Assembly: GCA_904063045.1 (NCBI GenBank)
Contig: CAJFCJ010000005.1
Span: forward strand, 3,997,689 to 4,061,688
Length of the DNA stretch: 64,000 bases
Direction: 5' to 3'
Source of the DNA: Dimorphilus gyrociliatus
Taxonomy: Eukaryota > Animalia > Annelida
Made by a program: the position numbers and the translations under genes. Positions 47,835 to 61,374 of the stretch are shown piece by piece (the first letter of the stretch is position 1; each line of letters starts with the position of its first letter). A model generated the notes under the pieces. That model did no database searches and was not told the DNA's origin. It saw nothing but the letters and a program-made list of their open reading frames with translations.

Positions 47835-50800
47835 ATGGCAGATAATCGACTAGTTTTTAATCAGAGTGTCGATCAGGTAATTGTGAAAAACTTTTAAAAC
47901 AATAACTATGACTTTAAAACTCAGTAGTTCAATGCTAGATATTAAAAAGCCTTCTGTTTTCGTTTTTCGTCTCTCCTTCCCTATAATATTGATGAGCCAT
48001 CCATTGAAACCAACATCGAAACTACCTAATAGCATTAGAAAACTGCTTAATATAAAAATGCAAATATTTTATTAATAATTATTGTTAAAATATATGAAAA
48101 ATAATTTAATTGATGAAGTATAGGAGTAAGCAAATGTTTAGTAAATCTGGAATTGAAAGTTACATAAAAGTGTCGTAAAATTTCTTTTAAGCTCATTCAT
48201 CATACTTTAATAGTGACTAATTATATATTTACATTACAGGATATTCTTAGCAAAGCGCTGAACAGTTCAGGAGTACTGCTAAATGATGGTGAATTCAATA
48301 AAACACCCAACGCGGTGCACTCTATACCTCAGGCAAGTAATTTCTCAATAGCTTGAAATCGATGAATTTATTACTTGTCGATGAAATTTGACTCTGAATG
48401 TTCATAATTTGGATTCTAAACATTTTTGCCAAAACTTAATAGTGATGGTTTTACAAGTAAAGTCATGATGTATTTCGTCTGCTTCTCTCATTCTAAAGTG
48501 CTAAATAACCATAAGTTTACAAAGCATAAGTTGTTAAATTGTCAGTTTCTAGCCTTGGCTGCAGAAGTTTTACTTACAGTATATAGTTGTATTACGAAAA
48601 GAAGCATATACAGTATTTGCAATTTTTAAGAAGGGACACATGTTTAAAATTGGTTTTGCTTAACCAAGACTTTCTTTAGTCTAAATATTTATTTAATTTT
48701 ACTAAACAGCAGCCAACATTGGTTCGTGTCATACAAGCTCCGATACGAACCCAACCCACACAGCAAATCCAAAATATTACGGTGTTAAAGCAGCCTCAAG
48801 CAACTCCTGTTTACCAACCAAGAATGGTCCAAGTTCAAGGATTGCGAACTGGATCTCCAACAATCATTCACAATGCTTCACATCCCGTTCTGACTCTATC
48901 TGCTCAGGCATCACCTACATCAAATGTTTATGTGGTTCGGAATACAACAAATTCGCCTAAACCGGTAACGATTAGTCATGTACAATCGGCACCGAGCTTG
49001 CTTACTAGTCAACAAGCTGTTCAGGCTACAGACAAAAAGCCTATGATAATTCAAGTTATGCCAAAGTCCACCGAGGAGGTATGAAAATGTTTCTATTTAA
49101 GCATTTTCAACACCCTATTAATTTTAAATCCAATAATTGTACTTAGGTTGTCGAAGAAGACGAAGGAGAAATCCTTCATCAAGCCGAAACCTACTCAATT
49201 TACAAACCGGCAAAAATTCGGCGAGGAGTTTCTCATCCTGATGTTGTCGTTGAATCTGCTTCTTTAGCCAGTGTACTGCCACCTGATCCAGATTTTCAAA
49301 TGAAATTGCCTTTGGAAATAACAGATGAGGGTCATTTATCAGCGATTCAGTACGAGACTGTTCTCTATGCTTGCCAAAGACACGAACAATTGCTACCTGA
49401 TGGAAATCGAGCAGGATTCCTTGTTGGAGATGGTGCCGGTGTAGGAAAAGGTGCTTGTTCTGTTTTTCTAATGTTTATTGTACACCATGGCCGATAAGAC
49501 ATGTACAAAATTTCACAATAGTAGTATAGTTGTATCTTATGTAGTAAATCATTATTTTCTTATAATATTTTAGGAAGAACAATTGCCGGGATAATATATG
49601 AAAATTATTTGAGAAAGAGGAAAAGGGTACTCTGGTTGAGCGTTTCAAATGATTTAAAACTAGATGCCGAAAGGGATCTAAGGGATGTTGGTGCTGGACA
49701 TATTCCTGTGTATAGCTTAAATAAATTAAAGTACAAGAAAATTTCATCGTCCGAGAATGGAAGTATTAAGAAAGGTGTTATTTTTGCAACATACACCTCA
49801 CTCGTTAGCAAAAGTAGTAGTGGGGCCCAAGAAGGACGATACAATTCAAGATACAAGCAACTACTGCATTGGTTAAAAGACAAGGAAGGTTGTTAATTAC
49901 TGTTTCTCTTTCTATATAGTATTTCAATTAGTAACAAGAATTAAGGTTACTTTGTATTGATTTTGATAACAATTAAAATGATTCGGACAAATTTTAACCA
50001 AGAAACCCCTATCGACCTCTCTTTAAAAACATTTTGAAAAATTCTAGGTTTGATAGTCTTCGATGAGTGTCATCGAGCAAAAAATCTTCGACCAGCGGGC
50101 ACTGGAAAGTCGACAAAGACTGGTCAGGCCGTACAAGGTCTACAGACATATCTCAATGATGCTCGTATAGTATACGCTTCTGCTACTGGAGCAACAGAGC
50201 CAGCACACATGGCGTATATGGTTCGATTAGGCTTATGGGGTGAAGGAACTCCTTTTCTTGAATTTTCAGAATTTATATCAACTGTGAATGCTCGTGGAGT
50301 AGCCGCCATGGAATTAGTTGCCATGGATATGAAATTGAGAGGTCTATACATTGCTAGGCAATTAAGTTTCCATGGAGTAACCTTCCATGTTCAAGATGTA
50401 ACACCTCCTGAGAAATTTTTAGAAGTATACGATAAAGCCTGTATCCTATGGCATAAAGTTATTAGGTATTTTCAAACGGCTTTGTCAAAGGTAACGGAAA
50501 TTACTTTTTTAAATAATTGTTATAAAATACCTCTTTTGTTACTCAGTTACCCAATATTTCCAAGAATGTTATGTCACAAGTTTGGTCGGCCCAACAGCGT
50601 TTCTTTCGCAGTCTTTGCATATCGGCTAAACTTGGTAGATGTGCTGAAATGGTGGAAGTTGCTCTGAGATCCGGAAAATGCGTTGTTATTGGTCTTCAAT
50701 CAACTGGTGAATCACAGTTGAGAGATGAATTAGAAGACGGAGGAAACATTGATCAGGATCAATTGTCTTCAGCCACAAAGCATATCTTAGATTCATTAGT

Positions 50801-53085
50801 TAGGAAACATTTCCCTACAGGCGGTGGATTTCCCTCTTTTATTCGAGATAATTCACCATCACCTAGTCCGTCTCCACCTCCACCCAAACGAAAAAAATAC
50901 GAAAGTGAGGAGTCTTCTTCGGATTCCGAAGATTCTGGATCTAGTTCGGATGAAAATCCGTTTTTGGCAAGTGATGATGAAGATCCTTGGTTAAGAGAAA
51001 AGAAATCAAGGAAGAAGAAGAAGCCTCCAAAAGTTTCTTCTTTGACAAATGGTAAGCTAGCTACTAATTCAGATTATTTGAATAGTAATTAATTTGCTAT
51101 TTGTAATTTCAGGTGATTTAGATGAAGACGAGGAGACAAAAACTAACCGCATTGTCGAATCAATTATTTGCTCTGATAAATTAAAAGAATTCTCTGATGG
51201 GAATACCACCGATGAAGATCTTAAATTAAAGAAAATGAAAATTGAATTACTACAAGAAATTGAAGATTTGGGTAAAATATTACCGGGAAACCCTTTAGAT
51301 GATTTAATCGATCGTTTAGGTGGACCAGATAGGGTAGCTGAAATGACAGGTCGAAAAATGCGCATGGTATGTAACGACATGGGAAAATATGATATTGAAC
51401 AAAGACGATGCGACAATCAGCCTATTGAGATGACAAATATCATGGAAAAAGGGGCATTTATGGATGCTGATAAAAAGATTGCGATAATTTCTGATGCTGC
51501 CAGTTCGGGAATATCCTTACACGCCGATAGAAGAGCTATCAACCAAAGTAAAAGGGTTCATATAACGCTTGAATTGCCCTGGTCAGCCGATAGAGCTATT
51601 CAGCAGTTTGGTCGAACACATCGATCAAATCAAGTGTCTGCTCCCGAATATCACTTTTTGATTTCGACATTTGGTGGTGAAAGGCGTTTTGCCGCAACTG
51701 TTGCTAAGAGGTTAGAGAGTTTAGGTGCTTTAACACATGGAGACCGTCGTGCCACTGAGACAAGAGACCTCAGTCAGTTTAACATCGATACAAAATATGG
51801 AAGAGTTGCATTAGAAAGAATGCTTAAAGGCCTTACTAATTGCGGCCCTCTTCTCCCACCACCCCCAGAGGCTGGTCAGGATTTTGTAAGCAGGGCTCAA
51901 AAGGCATTAAAGGCTGTTAACATTTTAGAAAGTTACAATGACGTTTATAACATCGAGAGAGATTCACTAACAATTGGAAAGTTTTTGAATCGTATTTTAT
52001 GTATACCAACTCGCTTGCAAAATGCTATCTTCAAGTATTTTACAGATTATTTGAACACAGCCATCAAAGAAGCAAAAAAGTTTGGTAGTTTTGATGAAGG
52101 CATATTAGATTTGACTTCTGGAGCTGAGTTAGCTAAGGAGATAAATATTAACACATTTGAAAGCAGTATGGGGGGTTCCAGTAAAACTCAATTGGCTTTA
52201 TATCAATTAGCAATAGATAGGGGTATGTCTTATGCCGATGCTTTACATCAGTGGAGACAACACGACGGAGAAAGCGATGGATTTTATAGAGCTAAGACAG
52301 GCTCAACCAGGCTGATTCAATTGGCGATTAAATATTCTAAACCCCAAGCTGCTGGGTATTTTCGATACAAGAAAAGTAACAAGCAAGATGAACAATTGTA
52401 CAAAGTTTATACACCTCATACCGGTAGACAACCTCGATTAACCACCTTTGACAAACTTCAAAAGAAATTCGAAAAGATTGACACGGGAGAAGCAGGAGCT
52501 CTGTGGAAGAAGCAACATTCATTCACTGAAACTGGGTGTCTTCATAAATATCTTAAAAAAACTTGTCACTCGGAAAACTGTTCTCTTGGAATTAGAAATC
52601 AAATTTATCATATTCTAGCCGGAAGTTTACTGTCCGTCTGGGACAAAGTGGAAAGGATATTACAGATGACAAGAAGCGGCGTGCATGAGCGTATGCAGAT
52701 TGTCAGAGTGAGCACAGAGGATGGTAGAAGAATAGTTGGAGTTGTTATTCCGAAGAATTCCGTGCAGCTACTTGAGGAAGTTTTTTCAGGCAAAAAAGAT
52801 TTATACAGTGGATCTGCTCCCTCAAATACTACAAATACCTTCCAGCAGGTTAATGCTGAAAAATCAAACTTTAAAAGAATGTTTGCCACTACAAAAGATA
52901 TACGACCAATTACTTCTCTTCAACAAGACAAAGAACAACCTGTTGAAAAGGAAAAAGCAACCACTCAATCTGTTCCAGTTGCTGAAGAGAAAGTTGAGGC
53001 TGCTCCGGAACCAGAACGAACTGTTCTTCCTGACGAAGACGAAACGTTTCCAGAGGAAAGCTACGAAGATATGCCGACATTTTGA
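47835..53085 (+). CDS. SBNO1: Strawberry notch homolog (SBNO/sno), multi-exon
   Basis: N-terminal [11 protein letters not shown]; [16 protein letters not shown]; GDGAGVGKG; FDECH; YASATGA; [21 protein letters not shown]; [16 protein letters not shown]. Confidence 0.95.
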
Positions 53086-53463
53086 AGTGTATAATTTTTA
53101 CTATTTATATATGTAAAATGTTACACATATATGTTTGTACATATATACGTGTTTGTGTTTATCGGGGAACAGTTTAAATACAATCACGAAATTTTTTCGA
53201 ATGTTAATTAATGACCAACAGGCCTGCCAGTTCGTTGATATTGAAATTTTAAACTGTACGTACATACAGTGTCTACTTTTATAAATATTAAATATATCAT
53301 ATAAGAGCATTTCAAGTATTTTACGTTTAATTTTAATCCAAAATATACATAGTTTTGTACATATAAACCGAAATGTGTCTTAAACATCTTGTTACACAAT
53401 TTACAAATTTGCTTATTAGGTTTTTAAAGTTTTATAAGTTTATTATAATTCGTTTCTTTCTTC

Positions 53464-55218
53464 CTAGTTCTCTTCATCATCGGATTCTGTCAAGATTAGA
53501 AAAATATTAGCATTTTAGAGTAATATAGAGAAATTAAGATTCAGTTAATATCTTACCTTCTTCGGCATTCTTAAGCCAATCGACAAATTGGCTAACTTGC
53601 TCGAGGAATACACTCTTTCCCTTGGAAAGATGTCCGTCTTTATGCCATTTCAGAATTGAGTCCTCTCCAACAACATCTGCTTTATAGAATAGGACAACAA
53701 TTCGACCGAATACCTTCATGAATTGCATATTGTCATAGCAGTACTCTTGGCATCTGCGAAGGAGGCACAGTTCAGCTCTTGGAGTACAGCAAGCAGCGGC
53801 TAAAAGTGGAGTGTAACACTTTAGATGTCTTAAAGCTTGATCGGCAACAAGTTCTTCCTTTTTGTTCCATTCGACGGCAGACATAACCTTATTCCAAACT
53901 AAACCAACTAGTTCGACATCGGTTAAACCGCTTTGGGCGCCTTCTGCCTTGATCCATGCCACAATTTCGTTAGCATCGGCCTCGTCTTCGATCAAATTGG
54001 ATAACTGTTCCCCCAGCTGTTTTTTTAGTCCCTGGGAAGCCTTTGAGATTTGCATCTCGGCAATTGAAAGAAGACCCTCAGTTTTAAAATGGGCACAAAA
54101 GTGCTCCGTAGTTCGACGAGTCGAAGGTAAGATGTTTAAAAGCTTATCATCGAGCGATGCTCGACGCAAGCTGGAGGATACATTGTTAGCGTCTTTTTCC
54201 TTTATCCAAATGGCAAACATATCCGTAGCAAAATCTAGAGCAAGGCCGTCCTTTGCCAAATGATCATCAGTGTTGAAAAGAGGTGCCAATGAATTATGTT
54301 TGACAAGACCTTGAGCCATGCACATTCCAACAACCTGTGCAAGACGCTTTCTAGCTTCTGGAGTAAAGGCCTTCAGGAAAATAATCAACTTGCTTAATTC
54401 ATCCTCAAAGGCTTTTTCCAAATATTTATAACGGCGAATAAGTTTAAAAAATACACAATAATATGCTTTCACGTCCTCCTCCGTTTCCGCCAAGAATACA
54501 TAACGTTGGGCCTTTTCGGCACCATCGTCGACGGTATGACCTCCAGGAGCCAACATTCCCCCAGTGAAGAGGACATCGAAGAGTACTTCGCCATATCTGA
54601 TTGATATCAATTGAATTTTATTAGCCCACTAATTCGAATATGATAACAATCACTTACCGTCTATAGTCCAATTTGTTACCGGCCGAATCGAGGAATTTAC
54701 TCAAACTGTCCAAATCGTTACCAGCTTCTTTTAGTCCTGCAACTAGTGAATCACGGAAAGCTTGGGGCTCGTACTTCTCTTTTTCATCTATCAACAAATA
54801 TATCTCTTATGATACGCCTGTTTACAGCTTTCTAAGGTCTATGTCTTGTAATTAGGCTCAGTCTTTTTTTTGTATGTTTAATTGACGTTAGTTTTTCAAT
54901 GTGATTAGCGAATTATTCTATGTACTCATATATCAAAATTTGGGATGGACTGTGTAGATTCTCTATAATCTGTGCTTTTGTGTTAAATTCTGCCCGCGTA
55001 CGGTGCATCATACACAAAATTTTAAAAAATTTTTAAAATTGGCGCCATCCTTTCTCTCTTTAAGTAATATCCGGTTGACCTTCTTTAAGACAAGACATTT
55101 TGCTATGACTCAGAAAGCATGACTAAAACTACGCATATGAATAATTGTAAAACAAACCCCTTTTACGCGTCTTTATGCGCTGGCCTTGTAGAACCGGTTT
55201 TTCTTGCTTTTGACTCAT
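53464..55218 (-). CDS. BZW: BZW / eIF5-mimic protein (5MP), 4 coding exons
   Basis: MSQKQEKPVLQGQRIKTRKRDEKEKY; LDYRRYGEVLFDVLF; IRRYKYLEKAFEDE; W2 domain ending FVDWLKNAEEESDDEEN*. Confidence 0.95.
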
Positions 55219-56821
55219 ACAAAACTGGCTGAAAATTAGAGAAAAATATGTTATACCGTATTAAGTGGGTCATTCAGTCTGGCCACTGATGTATCGTATT
55301 GGTTGCCGGTTATTTAATATTTAATATATTTTAAGATTATATGATGTGGCAAAATCAATAACAGTTAATTTGTCAGTAACATCCTGAAGTTAATGTAACG
55401 AACCGTGTTTTAAATGAAAAAGAGAAGCTTCAGACGAACAACAAAAAATTGCTCAGCGAACGGAAGTAATATTACGACCGGATATAAAACCTATTTCTGC
55501 ATACGGTAGGGCCATCTGAAGTATTTTATTGTCGTTATTTTGTTTAAGAAGGGAGTGAAAATTTCCTCTATTTAAACAGGCGACAAGAGAAAATATATAA
55601 TGATCATTAAGCGATATTATAGATAACATTTAATAATTTTAAGATATTCAATGTTCTTTTTTATCTTGGTATTAGTACGCAATATTTAGTTTCTATGCAA
55701 TAACACTGTAAATAACCTGTCAAGTGTTCCCATATTGGGACTGTCTAAATTACGAATTCTAGACTCGACTTGTTATTAAATTTCGCAGCTCGCCTTGTGA
55801 TGATTTATAAGAGCTAATCTTTCGACAGTATCAAGCTCCTCTTATACCTATATTTTACTTGAAATAATCAAAAATGTATTAATAATACAAAACAAATTAA
55901 AGATCTACATGATAGTTTTCACGAATGGGTCAGAAGAAACCCTAAAGACTCTCTATTATAAAAAATAGATTTATTTAGAGATTAACCTAATAAAAAACCA
56001 GGGTTTGGGTAGAGTAGGGAAGGGTTTAAAGGAGAATAAATAGAACATATATTAAATGAAATATTTATAATATACATAATATAAAATCATGTGCAAAAAG
56101 GTTAAGAAATCATTGAAAATCTTTCTACATCCAAGTTTGTATTATGCAATGCTTAATAAAGGAACAAGTTAATTGTAAGTATATAGTTATAACTGAAAAA
56201 ACTGTATATATATATTATTCTAGTGACATTAGACTCTGCATTATTTTTTTCCGAAAAAAATAAACTTTCACTGGAAAAAATATCAATAAACTACAAGAAA
56301 AAATGTTTGAAGTTTCCATTCCAGACAAAACATAGCTAAAAAAATATTATCTAATTGTGGCGATGAGAAAAAAAGGGTCATAAGGAATTATTGACAAAGG
56401 AATATATATATACAGTATATATACCTTATATCATAATTATTATTAATAATATTATTATGAAGCTTACAGTGTATTAAAACATACATCAAAAAAATGTACA
56501 TACTAAAAGTATTGGACTATTCAAATATTATTAGAGATCACTGACGAATTCAATAGCATGCTATGCATAAATGTTGCTAAATATATATATATATATATTT
56601 CTTATATATGTTAATACATAAACTGTATACATATTTTTGTATATAAGTACTCATAAGTATAGAAATTTAAAGCTTATCATAACAAACCGACATGTATATA
56701 TCACTGAAAAAAAAGGAGTACATATAACTACAAATAAATCCTTTTCAAGCATTCTGTTATACTCTAAAAACAAGTGTTATCACCATTTTTTGTAATAATT
56801 ATTATTATTTTCTATAATATT

Positions 56822-59800
56822 TTAACGATTCATCAACTTATTAGTCATAATAGCGCTTAACTTTACTGCATTCGTTTCATCTTCTTTATCCATCATATCT
56901 CTTAAATTTCTCTTTGTTGATCCAACTGCATTCATTCTATTTAGTAACATATCATTTATTGCTGCAAGGTCACGAGCTGGCGATGTGTGAAAATGATAAA
57001 AAAGCGTTTGTCTCGGTGTAAAGTTATTTGCGTTCGATTGCTTTATAGGGCTAACGTACACCTTTTGGTTGCCTACCCTACGAGGAGAAGTTGAAAAAGG
57101 CCTTGTTGTAGGAAGCGGTGTTAAAGGGGTCGATTCGTTATTTGCATCTGATATGTGTGGTGAGAATTTAACAGCAAATTCTTTGACACGACTCACAAAA
57201 ACAGCATTGTAGAAGCGTATTATGTCGCCTCTTTCGTCTCGATCGAACACAGCGGAAGAACTTCCGGTTAACTTGGTGGGAGTTGGAGGGGCGCTAGTCG
57301 GTGCAGGAAGCGTAGAGGAAGATCTCATTTTTTTTCTATCCGGTTCATCTATTTGTCAGAAAGAAAAAATTATAACGACTATTTATAAAAACGACATATC
57401 GAATATCGCAAAAATGCCAAATATCGTGTTTTCAATTAGGACTTACCGTCTTCCGAAGACCCAGAAATTCCGCGTCTTGATAAAAGAACGCTTCGGTAAA
57501 CATGACTATCAGCTTGAGGTTGTAATCTATAAAAAGTCATGATATCTTGAAAGGATGTACTGCATCCAGTCACTTTTGCAACCGCATATATTGTGCACAT
57601 GATCATTTGATCGATATGCCTGTCTTTCATAACGTCGACATGCTTTGTTAATATAAATTCAAATGTTGTCCACATCTTGGCTCTTAGATCGTCGTCAATT
57701 CTTAATCTTTCGCAAAGATCTCTTAATCGCATACAAGCTAAATAATAAACTTTTCTGAAGAAGAGTGCAATTGAACCAGTTCTCTTCTCTTTTTCTTTTT
57801 CTTTAATGGGAAGTGGCGGTACGTCTTCTTCGGTTATCTTCACTGATGTATCATACTCTTCTTTCTTAGTGTCGGCAGAGAGAACAACCTATAGGAAAAA
57901 ATTCGTGCAGTTACAAATTATTACTAAAGTCTTAGGAGTTATAATAAAATATTTACCGGTTTAGTAGTAATAGGTTTACCAATTAATTGAACAGGGACCA
58001 GTAACCTTCTACCGTCTTTTGTTGTTACTAATTTATATGTATCATTTCCCCGACTAGGAGTCACTCCAGCATGAGGGCTAGCAAATTTGTCGTTTGCCAC
58101 TAATCTTGTTTCAGTAACCTTTTTAGGTTGCGGGGGATCTGGAATGGCGGGAAGCATGACTTCTTCACATTTTGGAACAGGAGATATCTCTAAATAACTC
58201 CATAGCGGACTATTATACGACCATGCACCAGATTCTAAGACTGATTCTTCAATTCTATTTAAATGTTTAACCATTTCCCGACTTAATTGATCCTCCGCTC
58301 TTATCACTAACTCAATAACTTTGTAGAAATTGAATGGAGGTAATTCAAATGTTTCTATTACCCAGGGATAGGTTTTTTGCGAATTATACGAAAATAAAAC
58401 CACTTCAATTGCGCAGGCAAATAGACATTTGTGAAATGTTTCTTTCTCTAGAATTGCTGTCAGATCTTCTTTTTCCTTTTTCATTACTCCCAGAAGAATT
58501 TTATAAAATAAGCATTTGGCCAGCTTAATTCTTTGTATGGCAAAATTATCATTTCCAAATTCCTTACAAAATTCAGAAGAAAGGTTCGCAACTAATTCTT
58601 CAATAAATTCTTTAGGATTTCTCTGGCATTTTTCGAATATAACTAAGAGATTCTCAGATGGAGACGGTTTCTCCCCAGCCAATAGCGAATGTAATTTGTT
58701 GACAGTTTGCGTTGCTGTTGAAACTGGGGTTTCTGATCCCGTTTTAGTGGCTTCTTTCATGTAACGTCGACCAGTTAAAGGAGTTTTCGGTTGGAGAGTG
58801 TGAGTGTAGCTGTAGAAAGAGAATATATAATTTCCTTTTACTATAACATACTAAATAATGGAACAGTAGAAATAAATTTGAATACTTACACCATCCTTCT
58901 TGTTTTCTCAACGTTAGTTCTTCTGACTTCTGCCATATTGACAACGGCATTTGGAGGACCTTGGGTGCGTTCGTGTAATTCGGTATCGGGATGAGCAAAA
59001 TTTCTATCGTCAACATCGCCCTTCGTCAGAACGTATTCGTCATATAATTTATTCACTTGTTTTCGAGAAAATTCAAAATTCGTTTGTTCCAAAACACCCA
59101 TTAATGTATCCAAACTACCCCTAAGATGACCTTTCTCGAATAGAGAATAGATAAAGGGCAACCATTTTTGAGTCCGAAGGTTATACGCTTCGATTCCTGG
59201 AGAAGTTAACATATTTAATGCATTTAACTGCAACTATGGAATTCAAAACCTAAGGTATTTAAATAAAATAAATAGAAAAAAGAAGGCGAGAGGGGTAGGG
59301 TGTATTAGGAACACCGAGAATAAAAAAGGAGAAAGAAATACGGTAATAAAGAGAATATCAATGAAATCAATATATATAGCTTGTTTTCAATCTACTTTAT
59401 AAAAATTTGTATCCCTATTAATTTCCAATAGAGAATATTTACAAAAAACTTTTCTATGGTTCAAATATTTGTCATAGTTCGAAGGTAAAACAGTCGCGTC
59501 TTTGTAAAAAAAGCCGATACAATTACTATATAATACTCTCATGACTATTTCATATACTAGCTAGATATTAGGTTCTTTTCCCTTTTAGTTTTTTTTACCA
59601 GTTAAATAAAAGATAGACAGAAAAATAGTTGAAGATTATTTGTTTATTTGTCTAAGTCTGTCTACTCTTTTTATAACATTGTAAAAAGTTGTTTTCATTC
59701 AGTTGCCTTAAAGATTTTGTCTAGCCTGTTCATTCTTTTAAGTGCCTTCTTTCACAATCGTCTGTCATACTATATACCTATAATAATATTTATTCGTAAT

Positions 59801-61249
59801 TTATTGTCTCTCAATTAATATAAAAGGAAACTACTACGATTTAAAGATTAGTGTTCATACTGTTTGAACTATTCCATTTAAACAAATTTCTTAAGATATT
59901 AGCTTTATACCACTATTTTAAAGTGAATTCTCCCCTGTGAAACTCTATTGTATGCCTTATAATGAACTGAATTGAAAAGAAATTTGTTCGGATCGTCTAT
60001 TTATCATTTTCAACAAAATCCTAAAAGAAGGTTTTCGCGAAATCTACCGTATGATCCAATCAAGTCTGAGCTGATCTTGGTATTGTATGCTTATAAAATA
60101 TTATCTTGTAGGATTTGTTTTATCCTACAAGAAGAAAGTTCAAAGAATAAAATCACACATACCTATACCATCGTAATGATTGCATAACCAATGAATGATA
60201 TTAAAGTCGTCAGGGTGCTTGTTTGAGATGGAACCAGGATTGGATTCCATAAACTGCACTTGATATTGTCTAAAGTTGGGATTAATTAAATCTGTCCGAC
60301 TGGTAAATATTGAATTCAAGTATAGCCAATCTATACAGCAAATTAAGAGATGATAGCTGCTCACTAAATCTTCTTGAACATCATTCATTTTTGATCTGTT
60401 GCGAAGAAATGAATAAAAGAAAAAGAAAAAAAAACCTATTTATTTTAATCAGTTTATGTAAATAAAGAACTTGCGGACAGTTAAATACTTAAAAAACAAG
60501 TTTGAAAAATCGATCATTACCTAAAAATATTACACGGAATTAAGTCGACTTAACAAGTACTAGAAGAAAGATTATTGAAGTATTGATACGTGAAAGTTTA
60601 AAGCAATCATTAAATTATTCAATATTCTTAATTGACAATAAAGTGATATTTATATATTTTCTTGTAGACTAATCAAAAGTAAATATTATTTCGTACACTC
60701 TGTTGAAAACCTATCGACTAACCTTGCTAGGCTGTAACATGACCAACAGAATTGATAGACGTCATTAGCAGTACATGGTAATTTTAGTTTTCTTCCTTTT
60801 GTTTGAACTCTTTGTACCCATACTGGCTTTTGAAATACTGTTAGAAACAGCGTCTGATACTTTTTATAAATCACGAATGTGACATCGAACGATCTTTCAA
60901 TTTGTTGCATTTTTGCTCTGAAATCCTGCGGCATACTTGTCATATCTGCCCAAGAGTGCATCTTTCTAAAGAAATCTGATTCCTCCAGTTTAGAAGATCG
61001 TAATAATCTCGTTAAACTGACACAATTCCCTTGAACAGTATTATTATCAACAGTAGATAGAACAGTCATCCTGCTTTCACTCCATAAGGCCACGGCAAGC
61101 CAGTGCAGCTGCTCCCCCTCCAAGCTATATTGGGATCGTATATTTTCATAAGCATTCCAAGACTCCTCCTTTGTATTTTGATCCATATTCAAATCGGAAC
61201 ATAGATCATTGTAACGTTGTTCCAGGTCCGAGTCGTCCTGTAGAACCAT
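56822..61249 (-). CDS. RBL: Retinoblastoma-family pocket protein, p107/p130 (RBL1/RBL2)-like, multi-exon
   Basis: YSLEGEQLHWLAVAL...GNCVSLTRLL; DLVSSYHLLICCID; TPVSTA; pocket A (FHKCLFACAIEVVLFSY...FYKVIELVIR...EMVKHLNRIEE); pocket B (KDRHIDQMIMCTIY); RGDIIRFYNAVF. Confidence 0.93.
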
Positions 61250-61340
61250 TTTTTAGATGGTTTTTTAGGTGATTTTCGTCCAGTTCAGAAGGAGTATACG
61301 CACAGGAAGTGGTTTTGTTCTTGAGTTCTGATTCCGGTAG

Positions 61341-61374
61341 TTTTCGCGCCAAATATTCTGTGCTCCGCGCCAAT
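61341..61374. promoter_or_regulatory. Tandem E2F-type sites about 90-125 bp upstream of the RBL start (TTTTCGCGCCAAA and CGCGCCAA)
   Basis: These match the TTTSSCGC E2F consensus; CpG-containing motifs are rare in this AT-rich DNA. Confidence 0.6.

Noticed and set aside
54790-55157. snoRNA in the relatively long BZW intron 1
   Set aside because: Only a mismatched C-box-like ATGATGC and small hairpins were seen; there is no convincing C/D or H/ACA architecture without a covariance-model search.
55229-55273. Upstream ATG near 55273 that could extend or overlap the BZW frame
   Set aside because: In-frame joining would need a 28-nt intron, and I cannot tell whether this ATG is in the mature leader.
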